A stretch of 51,976 nt of DNA from a virus (lineage: Duplodnaviria > Caudoviricetes): the IMG/VR virus record IMGVR_UViG_3300012909_000006, positions 1-51,976 of that record. One strand, 5' to 3'. Shown one piece after another: positions 18,560-27,060 of the stretch (position 1 is its first letter; each line of letters opens with the position of its first letter). A program made the translations under genes and the position numbers. The notes under the pieces were generated by a model. The model was not told the DNA's origin. It made no database searches and saw nothing but the letters and a program-made list of their open reading frames with translations.

Positions 18560-19582
18560 ATGACCGTCATCGCCCTCAATCCGCCGTCGCCAAAGAAGTG
18601 GGATCGCGTTCGCGCCAATCCCAAAACACTGGCGATTGCCGTCATCATCGAGCTGATCATCATTGCTGCAGTGATCTTCGCCGCGTTCCAATTCGCGTAT
18701 CGCTATTCCGGTGGCGACAATCTGCAATGGTGGATGGCGATCATCTGCGGCGTGGTTTATGCCGCGGTTGAATGCGCCCGCGTGCCGCTGGCCGTTGTTG
18801 CTGCCACCCATCGGCGCTGGCATGCGCGCTGGCTGGCAATTTTCATGCTGGTGTTCGCTGTCATCATCACCACCAAGAGCCTTTCCCAGGTCGGTGAGCA
18901 GATGTTTTCGCAGCGTCTGGTCGAAGTGATCAGGGCCGATACCGCCTTAAAGACTGCTGAGGCCAATAATGCCGGCACGATTGCCGACCATGCCGCCAAG
19001 ATCGAACGGATCGAAGCGCTCGATGCCGAGATCGCCTCGTTCGGCAACGGCCTGAAAGAATTCGGCAAGGTGCCGGAAGCGAAACAGGTCTGCAGCGTCA
19101 GCTACACCCGTCACGGCCAGAACCGCAGCTGCCGGATGGTGACGCCACCTTGGGCCGGCGCCACGATGCAGCAGCAGCTGGTCGACAGCCGCGCCAAGCG
19201 CAACGCGATGGACGCCGAGATGGCCGCCGCCAGCAAGGCACGCGATGCTGCCACCGCAGCGATTGCCAAAGCGAGAGGCGATCACAACGTCGCGGTGATG
19301 GACAGTCAGCTGCACTCCTTTGCCGGCATGGTGTTCATGAAACCGTCAGCGGACGTCACTGACGGCGAGATCGGCACCATCAAACTGTTCTTTGTGCTGA
19401 TCGGCGCATTGGCCGGAGCGATGACCGCTACGGGCCTGGCCTATTGCAGCTTCACCCGTCACCCCGAACCGAAACCGGCGAAAATCGTGCAGCCCAAGCC
19501 GGTGATTCCGGCCGCCACCATCCTGCCGGCATTGCGTGAACTCGCCACCGAACTCAAACTGGAGAAACGAAATGTCGGATAG
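18560..19582 (+). CDS. Multi-TM membrane protein with periplasmic coiled coil
   Basis: Three N-terminal hydrophobic helices, a long Ala-rich coil, a C-terminal helix. Confidence 0.75.
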   Translation: MTVIALNPPSPKKWDRVRANPKTLAIAVIIELIIIAAVIFAAFQFAYRYSGGDNLQWWMAIICGVVYAAVECARVPLAVVAATHRRWHARWLAIFMLVFAVIITTKSLSQVGEQMFSQRLVEVIRADTALKTAEANNAGTIADHAAKIERIEALDAEIASFGNGLKEFGKVPEAKQVCSVSYTRHGQNRSCRMVTPPWAGATMQQQLVDSRAKRNAMDAEMAAASKARDAATAAIAKARGDHNVAVMDSQLHSFAGMVFMKPSADVTDGEIGTIKLFFVLIGALAGAMTATGLAYCSFTRHPEPKPAKIVQPKPVIPAATILPALRELATELKLEKRNVG

Positions 19583-20174
19583 TCCCCTGCATGAACGCGA
19601 CATCGTCGCAACAGACGAAATGATCAAGACCTTGAAGGCCTCGACCTTCCGCAAATACGCCTTCGGATCCGCTGCCGTGCTGGCGGTGGTGTTCGCCGGC
19701 ACCGCGGCGGTGATCTGGTCTGCCAAGTCCGGCAACGATCCGGAGCACTTGAAGGAAGCGCTGCGGCACATGCCGCCGCTGGAGGTGGTGGTCAAGCTCG
19801 ACCCGAACGCGACGGTCAAGCTGGCTGATGGCGCCACGGTGACGATCGCCAACCCACCGCTGTTCAATCAGGCGCAGACCAAAGGCGGCGGTAGCGGTCG
19901 CAACAACAACGATCCGGCGATCGGCACCACGGTCACCGTGTTCAAGAACGTCGAGTATGGCGACGGCGTGATCTACACCGGCTGGAATTTTGCCAACGGT
20001 GCCGCCACCTCGCCGCACGAACAGTTTTGCTATTACAGCCAGTCGCTCAGCACCGGCAATTCGGTGCGGCAGAGCATCGGCCTGAACGGCGTGATCGAAC
20101 CGACGCCGATCGGCGTCAAAGATCAGGCCGAACGTTTTTCGAGATGCCAGTGGTGGAACGGAAGCCTCGGATGA
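19572..20174 (+). CDS. Single-pass membrane/periplasmic protein
   Basis: GGAG RBS; TM segment AAVLAVVFAGTAAVIW; two C-terminal Cys. Confidence 0.7.
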   Translation: MSDSPLHERDIVATDEMIKTLKASTFRKYAFGSAAVLAVVFAGTAAVIWSAKSGNDPEHLKEALRHMPPLEVVVKLDPNATVKLADGATVTIANPPLFNQAQTKGGGSGRNNNDPAIGTTVTVFKNVEYGDGVIYTGWNFANGAATSPHEQFCYYSQSLSTGNSVRQSIGLNGVIEPTPIGVKDQAERFSRCQWWNGSLG

Positions 20175-20425
20175 CCCGAACCAAGGAGATCAAATTGATA
20201 CGTCGTCGACTCGTCGTCATCGCTGCCGCATTGGCCGCGCTGACCGTCTCAATCCCGACCGCGGAAGCCTATTCCGGCCAGCACTACCGCCGCGGTTACA
20301 CCCGCGGGGTGCTGAACCATCACGCCTTCAAGCACCACGCCTATGTGCATCGCCGCTACAAGCCGCGGCCTTACACCCACCACCACCGGCACTGGCACGC
20401 CGGCAAGCGGCAGAGGGCGCACTGA
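20171..20425 (+). CDS. Secreted His/Arg-rich small protein
   Basis: Signal peptide ending AEA, then a His/Arg/Tyr-rich tail; overlaps both neighbours. Confidence 0.6.
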   Translation: MTRTKEIKLIRRRLVVIAAALAALTVSIPTAEAYSGQHYRRGYTRGVLNHHAFKHHAYVHRRYKPRPYTHHHRHWHAGKRQRAH

Positions 20426-20871
20426 TGCAACGGAAACTGCTCACCCTCCGGTTGGTGTTGCTGCTGCTCGGCGTGATCGCGCTGGCCACCGTGGCCAGTG
20501 CCGATGACGTCCAGGTCACTGACCAGGTTAGCGACCGGATCCGCGTGGTCGACGGCGACACCATCGAGCTGAACGGCATGCCGATCAGGATTCAGGCGAT
20601 CGACACCCCGGAAACCTGGAAACCGCGCTGCCCGAATGAATACCGGCTCGGCCTGTTGGCCAAGCAACGGATGCAGCAGCTGATGGACGGCGGCGCGATG
20701 ACCTACACCGTGACCGGCTTTGATCGGTTCGGCCGGATCCTGGCGAACGTCCAGGCCGGCGGCACCGATGTCGGCGAAACCTTGCTGAGGGAGGGCCACG
20801 CCCTGCCCTACGTAGCTGGCCCGGTCGACAAGGCCCGCCGGCTGGCGGTGTGGTGCCCGGCCGATCGCTAA
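20425..20871 (+). CDS. Secreted thermonuclease (SNase family)
   Basis: Signal peptide; RVVDGDT, IRIQAIDTPE, DRFGRILA and LLREGHA motifs. Confidence 0.9.
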   Translation: MQRKLLTLRLVLLLLGVIALATVASADDVQVTDQVSDRIRVVDGDTIELNGMPIRIQAIDTPETWKPRCPNEYRLGLLAKQRMQQLMDGGAMTYTVTGFDRFGRILANVQAGGTDVGETLLREGHALPYVAGPVDKARRLAVWCPADR

Positions 20872-20896
20872 GCATTCCAGCAAAACCTCGACCATC

Positions 20897-20924
20897 AAAG
20901 CCCGCCGCAGTGGCGGGCTTTTTT
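20897..20924 (+). terminator. Rho-independent terminator, probably bidirectional
   Basis: AAAGCCCGCC-gcagt-GGCGGGCTTTTTT. Confidence 0.8.
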
Positions 20925-21064
20925 GCGTCAGCGTACCCAGCGGCTGAAATGCCTGCCCTGGCGTTTCTTGCCGCTGCGGCGGCGCGCAGCCGCCTTCCTG
21001 GCGGCCTGTTTCACCGCGGCACTGGCGCGCGATCCGCGAAGTTGAGGTATTGCGTACCCGGCCT

Positions 21065-21262
21065 TCACGATCGCACCTTGGCGCGGGCCCACAGCACGCC
21101 GTTGACCTCGCGGTAGTCGTACTCATCCTCCATCGTTGGACCAGGACACGGGCAGACGCTGTAATCGACGCCGCACACCGGGCAATTACCATCGGTGTCA
21201 CACTCGGCGGCAAAGACCACCCGCTGCCAGGCGCCATGGCTGTTGATGATGCGCTGCACCAT
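21065..21262 (-). CDS. Small Cys-rich, putatively Zn-binding protein
   Basis: CDTDGNCPVCGVDYSVCPCPGP. Confidence 0.55.
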   Translation of the reverse strand: MVQRIINSHGAWQRVVFAAECDTDGNCPVCGVDYSVCPCPGPTMEDEYDYREVNGVLWARAKVRS

Positions 21263-21375
21263 GTGGAATTTCCGTGAAAAATTCTGACAAATCCGGGAGT
21301 TTTTAGGCGGGTTGCGAGAAAACCCACCTTATTGTTGCAGTGCACCATTCGGAATTTGGCGGGCTTGGGAGGATA

Positions 21376-21800
21376 CCCCCCCCCCGGCCGCCGTTTTGGA
21401 ACCGGCTCGGAGGTGAAACCCCCTCCCCCCCCCCTATTCATTCCAGCCAAAACCGGCCGCGCAGACCTAGCGCGCGCGCTCCGTTCGTTCGTTTGATCCG
21501 GCCGCGGACTTGTGAGGACTGAAACGAAACGCGCTCCAGCGCGCTCCTATTGGCTCTTGCGGCGTTGCGGAACTTAAAAGTTAGGCAACGGTTTGCAGAT
21601 CTCGCAATATCAATGGCTTAGCTGTGGCGGAACAACGGTGTTAAACTAAGTTCCATTTGTCGCTGGCTTGTCGCTGTTCCGCTTGATTGTTCCAGCTCGA
21701 TTGTTCCAGCTCGATTATATTTGTTCCCAAAATGGAACCGATGCCGTTAGGCCTTGGAACCGACGGATTAAAACCCGGCTCTTAATCCTGGGAACTTTTG
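21376..21800. repeat. Poly-C tracts, GGAAC/GTTCC pentamer cluster and IHF-consensus site; candidate packaging/terminus site
   Basis: C-runs at about 21376-21385 and 21419-21434; about 10 GGAAC/GTTCC in 21567-21797; TATCAATGGCTTA at 21608-21620. Confidence 0.5.
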
Positions 21801-22264
21801 CCGTTTAGATCCGCGGAATTATTTTCCTGTTCTGGCGCGGCCTCATCCTGTTCTGACGCGGCCTCATGCTCGATTGCCAGCTGTGGCGCCAGTCGCGCGA
21901 TATCGTCCGGGCTTAGGTAATGGTCGACGGGAACCGATATCACGTTAACGGTTCCAATGAATTGCCCTACGTTGCCGGTCACCTGCATTGGGAGAATCTT
22001 TCCCAGCAGTCCCGCAAACGCCTTGGGATGCTTGCCGGCAAGGTGGAAAAGGTAACCGGTCAAACCGTCCTTTCCCTTTCCGTCGGCGCCGTAGGCTTCT
22101 GCAGCGTCGATTATGCCGCGCTTTAAGTCGCGGGTTAGCCGGTTGTGGATTCCCGCGGTCCGCGTCACCGCCGGCTTATGGCCCGGCAAAAACGTTCCGG
22201 GCTTGCGTTCCAGATCTTGCGTCGTGGCGCGCTTGTCGCGGCGTTCAATGCCAAGTTCCGTCAA
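21782..22264 (-). CDS. Putative terminase small subunit
   Basis: NRLTRDLKRGIIDAAE...GLTGYL...HPKAFAGLLGKILP pattern, which I recognise from small-terminase-like phage proteins. Confidence 0.55.
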   Translation of the reverse strand: MTELGIERRDKRATTQDLERKPGTFLPGHKPAVTRTAGIHNRLTRDLKRGIIDAAEAYGADGKGKDGLTGYLFHLAGKHPKAFAGLLGKILPMQVTGNVGQFIGTVNVISVPVDHYLSPDDIARLAPQLAIEHEAASEQDEAAPEQENNSADLNGKSSQD

Positions 22265-22326
22265 TCCCTTAAACTCCGCTAGTCTAGAGGAACCGTTCCG
22301 CGTTACATGCCAGATATTAAAGCACG

Positions 22327-22351
22327 AAAAAACCCGCCATTACAGCGGGTT
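22327..22351 (-). terminator. Terminator closing cassette 8
   Basis: AACCCGC-7 nt-GCGGGTT stem with a U-run on the minus strand. Confidence 0.7.
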
Positions 22352-22390
22352 ATTCCACATTGCCTATCGCACGGTAAAACTTTGTTCCTG

Positions 22391-22708
22391 TCAACCCCCT
22401 ATTTTGAGGACATTGAGCAATTCGCGGCTTTCGACCAATGCGGCCTCAATGGCCTTAGAGCGCAGCGCGATCACCGCGCGATCGTTCCGACCGTTGCGGA
22501 CGTCACGACGGTCCGAACGGGTGACAATCGTTGCCCGGTCAACCCGGACCGCTTGCGGCTTGTCGCCGTTGAAAAGCACGCCGAGATTCACGCTAGGCCA
22601 TACCATGATCATGGCGCCCGAATTGTTCGTTGCCAGCGCGCTTTCCAGCTCCGCAATGTTGGACTCAATGGTTGCGGTCAAATCGGCTTTTAGGTTGATT
22701 GCGTTCAT
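22391..22708 (-). CDS. Hypothetical protein, cassette 8
   Basis: AAAGGA RBS downstream of the repeat promoter. Confidence 0.7.
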   Translation of the reverse strand: MNAINLKADLTATIESNIAELESALATNNSGAMIMVWPSVNLGVLFNGDKPQAVRVDRATIVTRSDRRDVRNGRNDRAVIALRSKAIEAALVESRELLNVLKIGG

Positions 22709-22740
22709 GGTCCGGTTCCTTTGGTGTGGCGCCGCGGCGC

Positions 22741-22839
22741 CGTTTCGATAAACCAAATCTAGTATGATATACGTATCACGTCAAGCCCGGAACCAAATTT
22801 ATTTTGGCAACAAAAAAGCCCGGCTCAATTGCCGGGCTT
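22741..22839 (-). promoter_or_regulatory. Cassette junction: terminator (22812-22839) plus promoter P8 (divergent copy)
   Basis: Minus strand: GCCCGGC hairpin with T6, then TTGACG-17 nt-TAGATT. Confidence 0.8.
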
Positions 22840-22842
22840 GCT

Positions 22843-23055
22843 TCACTTCTCAACTACATATTTTTGGTTCAAACATTCCGGGCGGTTTTTATGTTGCTGG
22901 CAAAATTGATATCGCGGATAACCGATAAAGTAAGCGCGCGACCATTCTTCCGCATATGACATTCCCGGAACTCTTTCCGGCGCCCGTTGTCCGCCGGCAA
23001 AACCGAACGCCGCAAGAATGAAGCAAACCGCAATAGCGTGAAGCGAAATTTTCAT
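22843..23055 (-). CDS. Small signal-peptide protein, cassette 7
   Basis: MKISLHAIAVCFILAAFGFAG; ATGA overlap. Confidence 0.55.
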   Translation of the reverse strand: MKISLHAIAVCFILAAFGFAGGQRAPERVPGMSYAEEWSRAYFIGYPRYQFCQQHKNRPECLNQKYVVEK

Positions 23056-23273
23056 TTTCCTATTTCCTTTCCCGGCAACCGATAGGCCTGCAATCCCTCA
23101 TGACCCCATGCCGGATCATTCCGCAACGCGTGCAAGCATGAATGCCCGTTCCAGATCCGCGCATCGTACCAATAGATACAAGCAAGGCGATCTTTCCATT
23201 CCCGCCCGTGCTTATAGGCAAAAGCCTGCAACGCCGCGGTTTCATCAGCTGTCAATTCCCGGATCTTAGCCAT
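23052..23273 (-). CDS. Hypothetical protein, cassette 7
   Basis: GGAG RBS; ALQAFAYKHGREWKDRL...LHALRN. Confidence 0.7.
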   Translation of the reverse strand: MAKIRELTADETAALQAFAYKHGREWKDRLACIYWYDARIWNGHSCLHALRNDPAWGHEGLQAYRLPGKEIGK

Positions 23274-23351
23274 TAGCGCGCTCCGCCGTCACAAAAGTTC
23301 CGGACCAGTGCATTCAGGATTGCGTTAATCAGTTTCATTTGCTGTTCCCTT

Positions 23352-23450
23352 CGTTTCGATATCCATTAGTTAGTACGTATCGCGTAACATGTCAAGCGCA
23401 ACCGGGAAACATTTTCAAATAAAAAAAGCCCGGCTAACTTGCCGGGCTTT
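23352..23450 (-). promoter_or_regulatory. Cassette junction: terminator plus repeat promoter P7
   Basis: Core GATATCCATTAGTTAGTACGT 23358-23378; GTCAAG 23391-23396; hairpin 23421-23450. Confidence 0.85.
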
Positions 23451-23453
23451 CGT

Positions 23454-23987
23454 TTACGCTGGCGTCAGATCAAATTTTTCGCCTAGCCATTTAACAAACG
23501 CTTTCGGTTCCTCACCGAGTTCAAACGCTTGCGCCGTTCGTTCCTCATGATCCGTTACCAGATCCGAATAGCACCATTGCCGGCTTGCCTGCATCCTGCA
23601 ATCGTTTTGGAATTCATTGAATAGGTGGCGCCGCGCGACCAATGACGCCACAGCATGCGGCGCCGGCAATTCAATTCCGCCGATTGTTTGCGCGCCGTCA
23701 ACCGGGACATAATCCAAAATCATTGGAATCACTTCCCAGTCATAGGAAATGCCGTCAAAAAAATCCCGGTCATGTTTGGTGCAAATATCGTAAACACTAA
23801 GCGCCCATTGCCCCAATTCAATCGACCAATGGCGCAACTCCGCGGATCCGGTATTTTTTCGCAACGCTTCCCAGTCCGCGCGCGTTGTCGCTCCGCCTAC
23901 GCCTAGCGTCTTATCGTTGATCCATTCCCAGACGCAAAGCGCGGCCTCAACTTCAAGATAGGAAAATTTTGTTTCTTCCGTTTTCAT
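23454..23987 (-). CDS. Hypothetical protein, cassette 6
   Basis: GAGGG RBS before ATG 23987; fills the space from promoter to terminator. Confidence 0.75.
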   Translation of the reverse strand: MKTEETKFSYLEVEAALCVWEWINDKTLGVGGATTRADWEALRKNTGSAELRHWSIELGQWALSVYDICTKHDRDFFDGISYDWEVIPMILDYVPVDGAQTIGGIELPAPHAVASLVARRHLFNEFQNDCRMQASRQWCYSDLVTDHEERTAQAFELGEEPKAFVKWLGEKFDLTPA

Positions 23988-24002
23988 GGTCTCGTTTCCC
24001 TC

Positions 24003-24100
24003 ATTTCGATATCCATTAGTTAGTACGTCTTGCATATCACGTCAAGCCCGGATCCGAAACTTTTGCAAATAAAAAAGCCCGGCTAATTTTGCCGGGCTCT
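24003..24100 (-). promoter_or_regulatory. Cassette junction: terminator plus repeat promoter P6
   Basis: Core 24008-24028; GTCAAG 24041-24046; hairpin 24071-24098. Confidence 0.85.
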
Positions 24101-24109
24101 TTTGCCTCA

Positions 24110-25000
24110 TCATGCCGCTAGCGCTTGCGGCGTTTCGTCCGCGGCCAATACCGCGGATCTCAGATAGTCCGCGGCTTTTTGCGCCGCGCTTGCCGCGGTC
24201 ATGAAAGCCCTTTCATCATCTTTCAAAAGCGAAATCCAGTTAGCGACATAACCGGCATGACGTAATTCGCCGTCAATATTGAACTCCGCGCAAAGGAAAG
24301 CCGCGGCCAATTCCGCGACCAATTCCTCCGCCGCATACGCCTTGTCACCAAACCGCTTTCCGAATTCGCGATTCAAACGATGCTTTGCACCCGTCCAATG
24401 CGCCAGCTCATGAAAGCCGGTTGCGTAGTAATTCGCGGCGCCGTTGAAAGCTTCAAATGCCGGCATGGCAATGAAGTCAGTAGAAGGCGAATAATAAGCC
24501 CGGTCACCGCCGACGTCCGCGCGAAAATCGGCGCCGGTTGCCGCAATGAATTCATCTATGGTCGCGTCCCGTTCATCATCATGCCGCGGCTTGACCGGAT
24601 CCGGATTAACAATCGTTGCCGGCAAGTTTTCGCATTGATCAACGTTGAAAACGGTATAGGCGCGCAGCATGGTAAAGCCCTTACCGGTTTCGCCGGTTTC
24701 CTCATTTTTCTTGCCGGCAATCGGCTTGACGAAATAGACCGTAAAACCATGCTCCCCTTTCCTGACGTTGCCACCCAAGCCTTGCGCTTGCTTGAACGTC
24801 ATAAACCGCGGCGTTGCGAAACGGCCCTGAGATAGCCAAAGCAGCACGACGTTGCAGCCTGAATACGGCCGGCCGGTTGCGGCGTTGTGCGGTATGTTGC
24901 GGCCAGGAGTCGCCGACCATGGCTTGACCCATGGCGCCGTTCCAGTTTCCAGCTCCGCCAAAATTCGCGCCGTCACGTTCTGGTAAAGATTGTTTGCCAT
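24110..25000 (-). CDS. ardC: ArdC-family antirestriction protein (ssDNA-binding N-domain plus zincin-like domain)
   Basis: LYQNVTARILAELETGTAPWVKPW, YSGCN, TFKQA, VRKGE, VFNVDQ, HELAHWTG and YAAEELVAEL motifs. Confidence 0.92.
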   Translation of the reverse strand: MANNLYQNVTARILAELETGTAPWVKPWSATPGRNIPHNAATGRPYSGCNVVLLWLSQGRFATPRFMTFKQAQGLGGNVRKGEHGFTVYFVKPIAGKKNEETGETGKGFTMLRAYTVFNVDQCENLPATIVNPDPVKPRHDDERDATIDEFIAATGADFRADVGGDRAYYSPSTDFIAMPAFEAFNGAANYYATGFHELAHWTGAKHRLNREFGKRFGDKAYAAEELVAELAAAFLCAEFNIDGELRHAGYVANWISLLKDDERAFMTAASAAQKAADYLRSAVLAADETPQALAA

Positions 25001-25020
25001 TTGCAAAACCCTCGTTTGCT

Positions 25021-25130
25021 TGTTTCGATATCCATTAGTTAGTACGTATAGCGTAACACGTCAAGCGCAAACCGGACTGGAACCGGAATTATTTTCAGGC
25101 ATAAAAAAAACCCGGCTAAGCCGGGCTCTT
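25021..25130 (-). promoter_or_regulatory. Cassette junction: terminator plus repeat promoter P5
   Basis: Core 25027-25047; GTCAAG 25060-25065; hairpin 25103-25125. Confidence 0.85.
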
Positions 25131-25136
25131 TTCAGA

Positions 25137-25550
25137 TCATGCCGCTAACGGCATTGCTTCGCGCCAGCGTTCCAGCTCTTGCGCTTCGCGCTTGCGCTTG
25201 TCTGCCATTGCCGCGTCATACAATCGGCGCCACTCCGCCGGCTTGCGCGCGCGTCGCTCCGCGCTAGGCGCCGCTAGCAACGCCGCGCGCTGCTTTGCCT
25301 GCATTGCCTTGTGAATTGCGGCGCCGTCATTGTGATTTGTCCCGCTAGCGCAGCTGCAATTATGCGAAGTGAAAACGCGTTGCAGCTCCGCGCGCTGCTT
25401 TGCCCTAATAGCGGTTTCAACGGCCAAGCCATAGGCCTGACGTTCCGCGCGCGGCATAGCAGATAAGCCATTGCGCGCGGCCTTGCGATGCTTTGCCATG
25501 CCGGCCAGCTCCGGATAAACCGGGCCAAATTGTTCCGGTGCCATTTTCAT
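25137..25550 (-). CDS. Basic hypothetical protein, cassette 4
   Basis: ATGA overlap with the upstream gene; ends just before the terminator. Confidence 0.6.
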   Translation of the reverse strand: MKMAPEQFGPVYPELAGMAKHRKAARNGLSAMPRAERQAYGLAVETAIRAKQRAELQRVFTSHNCSCASGTNHNDGAAIHKAMQAKQRAALLAAPSAERRARKPAEWRRLYDAAMADKRKREAQELERWREAMPLAA

Positions 25551-25909
25551 TTGGTATATTCCAAAACTTTCGGAAACTTTGCCATGGCAAGCTTGCACGT
25601 CATGCTCGGATCTTTTTTGTATTCCACTTCGAATTCCATCTGACTCGACATGAACGTGATAGTCGGGGCATTGACGGTTTCGACGTCGACGCCCAATGTT
25701 TTCAGCGATGAAAGCACAACCTTTAGCGCGCTAGGCTGAATCGTCAGATTGTCACACTTGCGCATAGCGGCAACAACTGTTCCCATGTTTTCAATAGCCT
25801 CAGTTTTTTGACTATTGCTAAGATCATTCTTTCCGCCGGCATTTGCCATGCAAATACCGGAACCGAAAAAACCCGCAACCACGATAGCAGTAAGACAAGC
25901 GCGTTTCAT
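25547..25909 (-). CDS. Secreted small protein, cassette 4
   Basis: GGAG RBS; signal peptide ending ANA; two Cys in the mature part. Confidence 0.7.
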   Translation of the reverse strand: MKRACLTAIVVAGFFGSGICMANAGGKNDLSNSQKTEAIENMGTVVAAMRKCDNLTIQPSALKVVLSSLKTLGVDVETVNAPTITFMSSQMEFEVEYKKDPSMTCKLAMAKFPKVLEYTK

Positions 25910-25941
25910 TTTTCATTCTCCGATTAGGTGCGGCCTCGCCG

Positions 25942-26046
25942 CGTTTCGATATCCATTAGTTAGTACGTATCCTGTACTAAGTCAAGCGCAATCGGGAAAT
26001 AAAAAAGCCCGGCTAAGCCGGGCTTTCGGATCCGGCTAAGCCGGGC
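25942..26046 (-). promoter_or_regulatory. Cassette junction: double hairpin/terminator plus repeat promoter P4
   Basis: Core 25948-25968; GTCAAG 25981-25986; CCGGCTAAGCCGG occurs twice. Confidence 0.85.
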
Positions 26047-26047
26047 T

Positions 26048-26575
26048 CTATGCGTTTGCGCGCCTATCCTCCGCCATACGTTGATAGCTTGCATCATTCG
26101 GAACGCCGCGGATCATTCGCGCAGAATTATTCGGGCAAACCTGATTCTCCAGTTCATACGTAAAATATTTTCCGTTCCGGCTAACCCGCAATAGCAGCGC
26201 GTCAGCATGCAAACCAGCGTCCGCAATATAACCGTTTGTGTGATAGTCCGGATGAAAGCAGAACGCAATTTCATCGCCAGCGCGAAGTGTTTTCAGAATG
26301 CTTGAAACCGGCGTATGTTGATCATGATAAATCGAAACCAATTCAAAGCATGACGCGGCGCCGCGCTCCAGCGCGTCACGTCCGCGCGTCGTTTCCAGTC
26401 GCGTCTCGCAATTTTCCAGCTTATACTCTTGATCCGTTTCAAATGGCGCCGCGTTGTATTTCTTGCGCTTGATAAGCGCAACCCGGCCGGCCGGATAAGC
26501 CGGCGTATTGAGATGGATGGAAATTTGATCCGCCTTGCGAATAGCGGCAATGTCCGTTTTGGTAAGAGCAGGCAT
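26048..26575 (-). CDS. Hypothetical protein, cassette 3
   Basis: GAGGG RBS before ATG 26575. Confidence 0.75.
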   Translation of the reverse strand: MPALTKTDIAAIRKADQISIHLNTPAYPAGRVALIKRKKYNAAPFETDQEYKLENCETRLETTRGRDALERGAASCFELVSIYHDQHTPVSSILKTLRAGDEIAFCFHPDYHTNGYIADAGLHADALLLRVSRNGKYFTYELENQVCPNNSARMIRGVPNDASYQRMAEDRRANA

Positions 26576-26604
26576 TTTGAATTCCCTCGTTAGCGCCGCG
26601 GCGC

Positions 26605-26689
26605 CGTTTCTGATATCCATTAGTTAGTACGTCATGCATATCATGTCAAGCGCGACAGAACAAAATAAAACCCGCGTTAGCGGGTTTTT
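26605..26689 (-). promoter_or_regulatory. Cassette junction: terminator plus repeat promoter P3
   Basis: Core 26612-26632; GTCAAG 26645-26650; AAAACCCGC-gtta-GCGGGTTTT. Confidence 0.85.
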
Positions 26690-26832
26690 GTTTTCGGTTG
26701 ATACGGCTCAAAATAGTGTTGGCCTATTTCCTCGCCTAGCGTCTTGCCGGCATACCTGACGCTAGGCCTGTCTCCTGCAATCAACGCGCCGCAAACGATG
26801 CAAATAGCAATTAGATGGATAATGGCTTTCAT
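26677..26832 (-). CDS. Small signal-peptide protein, cassette 2
   Basis: MKAIIHLIAICIVCGALIAG; ATGA overlap; resembles 22843-23055. Confidence 0.5.
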   Translation of the reverse strand: MKAIIHLIAICIVCGALIAGDRPSVRYAGKTLGEEIGQHYFEPYQPKTKTR

Positions 26833-27059
26833 TTCGGAAAGCCTTTCGACGCGGCGAATTCCCAAGCCTCAGCCTCCGATTCAAAAACCGGAAATTTCAT
26901 TTCGACCAATTCACCCGCGGCATTGTAGAACGAACGTTGCCCCATGACTGCCGCGCGCGACGCTGGCGCCTCCGTTCCCAATTCACCGGGAATAGATCCG
27001 ACAAAGCCAAACTTGCCGGACGGAAACTTGATAACGTGCAATCCCATCTTGCCGAACAT
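26829..27059 (-). CDS. Hypothetical protein, cassette 2
   Basis: Tight packing; KFPSGKFGFVGSIP...FESEAEA. Confidence 0.65.
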   Translation of the reverse strand: MFGKMGLHVIKFPSGKFGFVGSIPGELGTEAPASRAAVMGQRSFYNAAGELVEMKFPVFESEAEAWEFAASKGFPK

Positions 27060-27060
27060 G

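Noticed and set aside
20371-21450. 359-aa minus-strand ORF
   Set aside because: It overlaps the convincing SNase gene, a terminator and poly-C tracts, and its composition is not protein-like.
21675-21730. LexA (GTTC-N7-GTTC) boxes in the GTTCC cluster
   Set aside because: Spacing between the GTTC units is 9, 10 or more nt, not 7.
23352-23450. Frpo-like single-stranded promoter
   Set aside because: I could not find complementary copies of the -35 and -10 forming a long stem; only a short operator palindrome and a terminator hairpin. A folding computation would be needed to exclude it fully.
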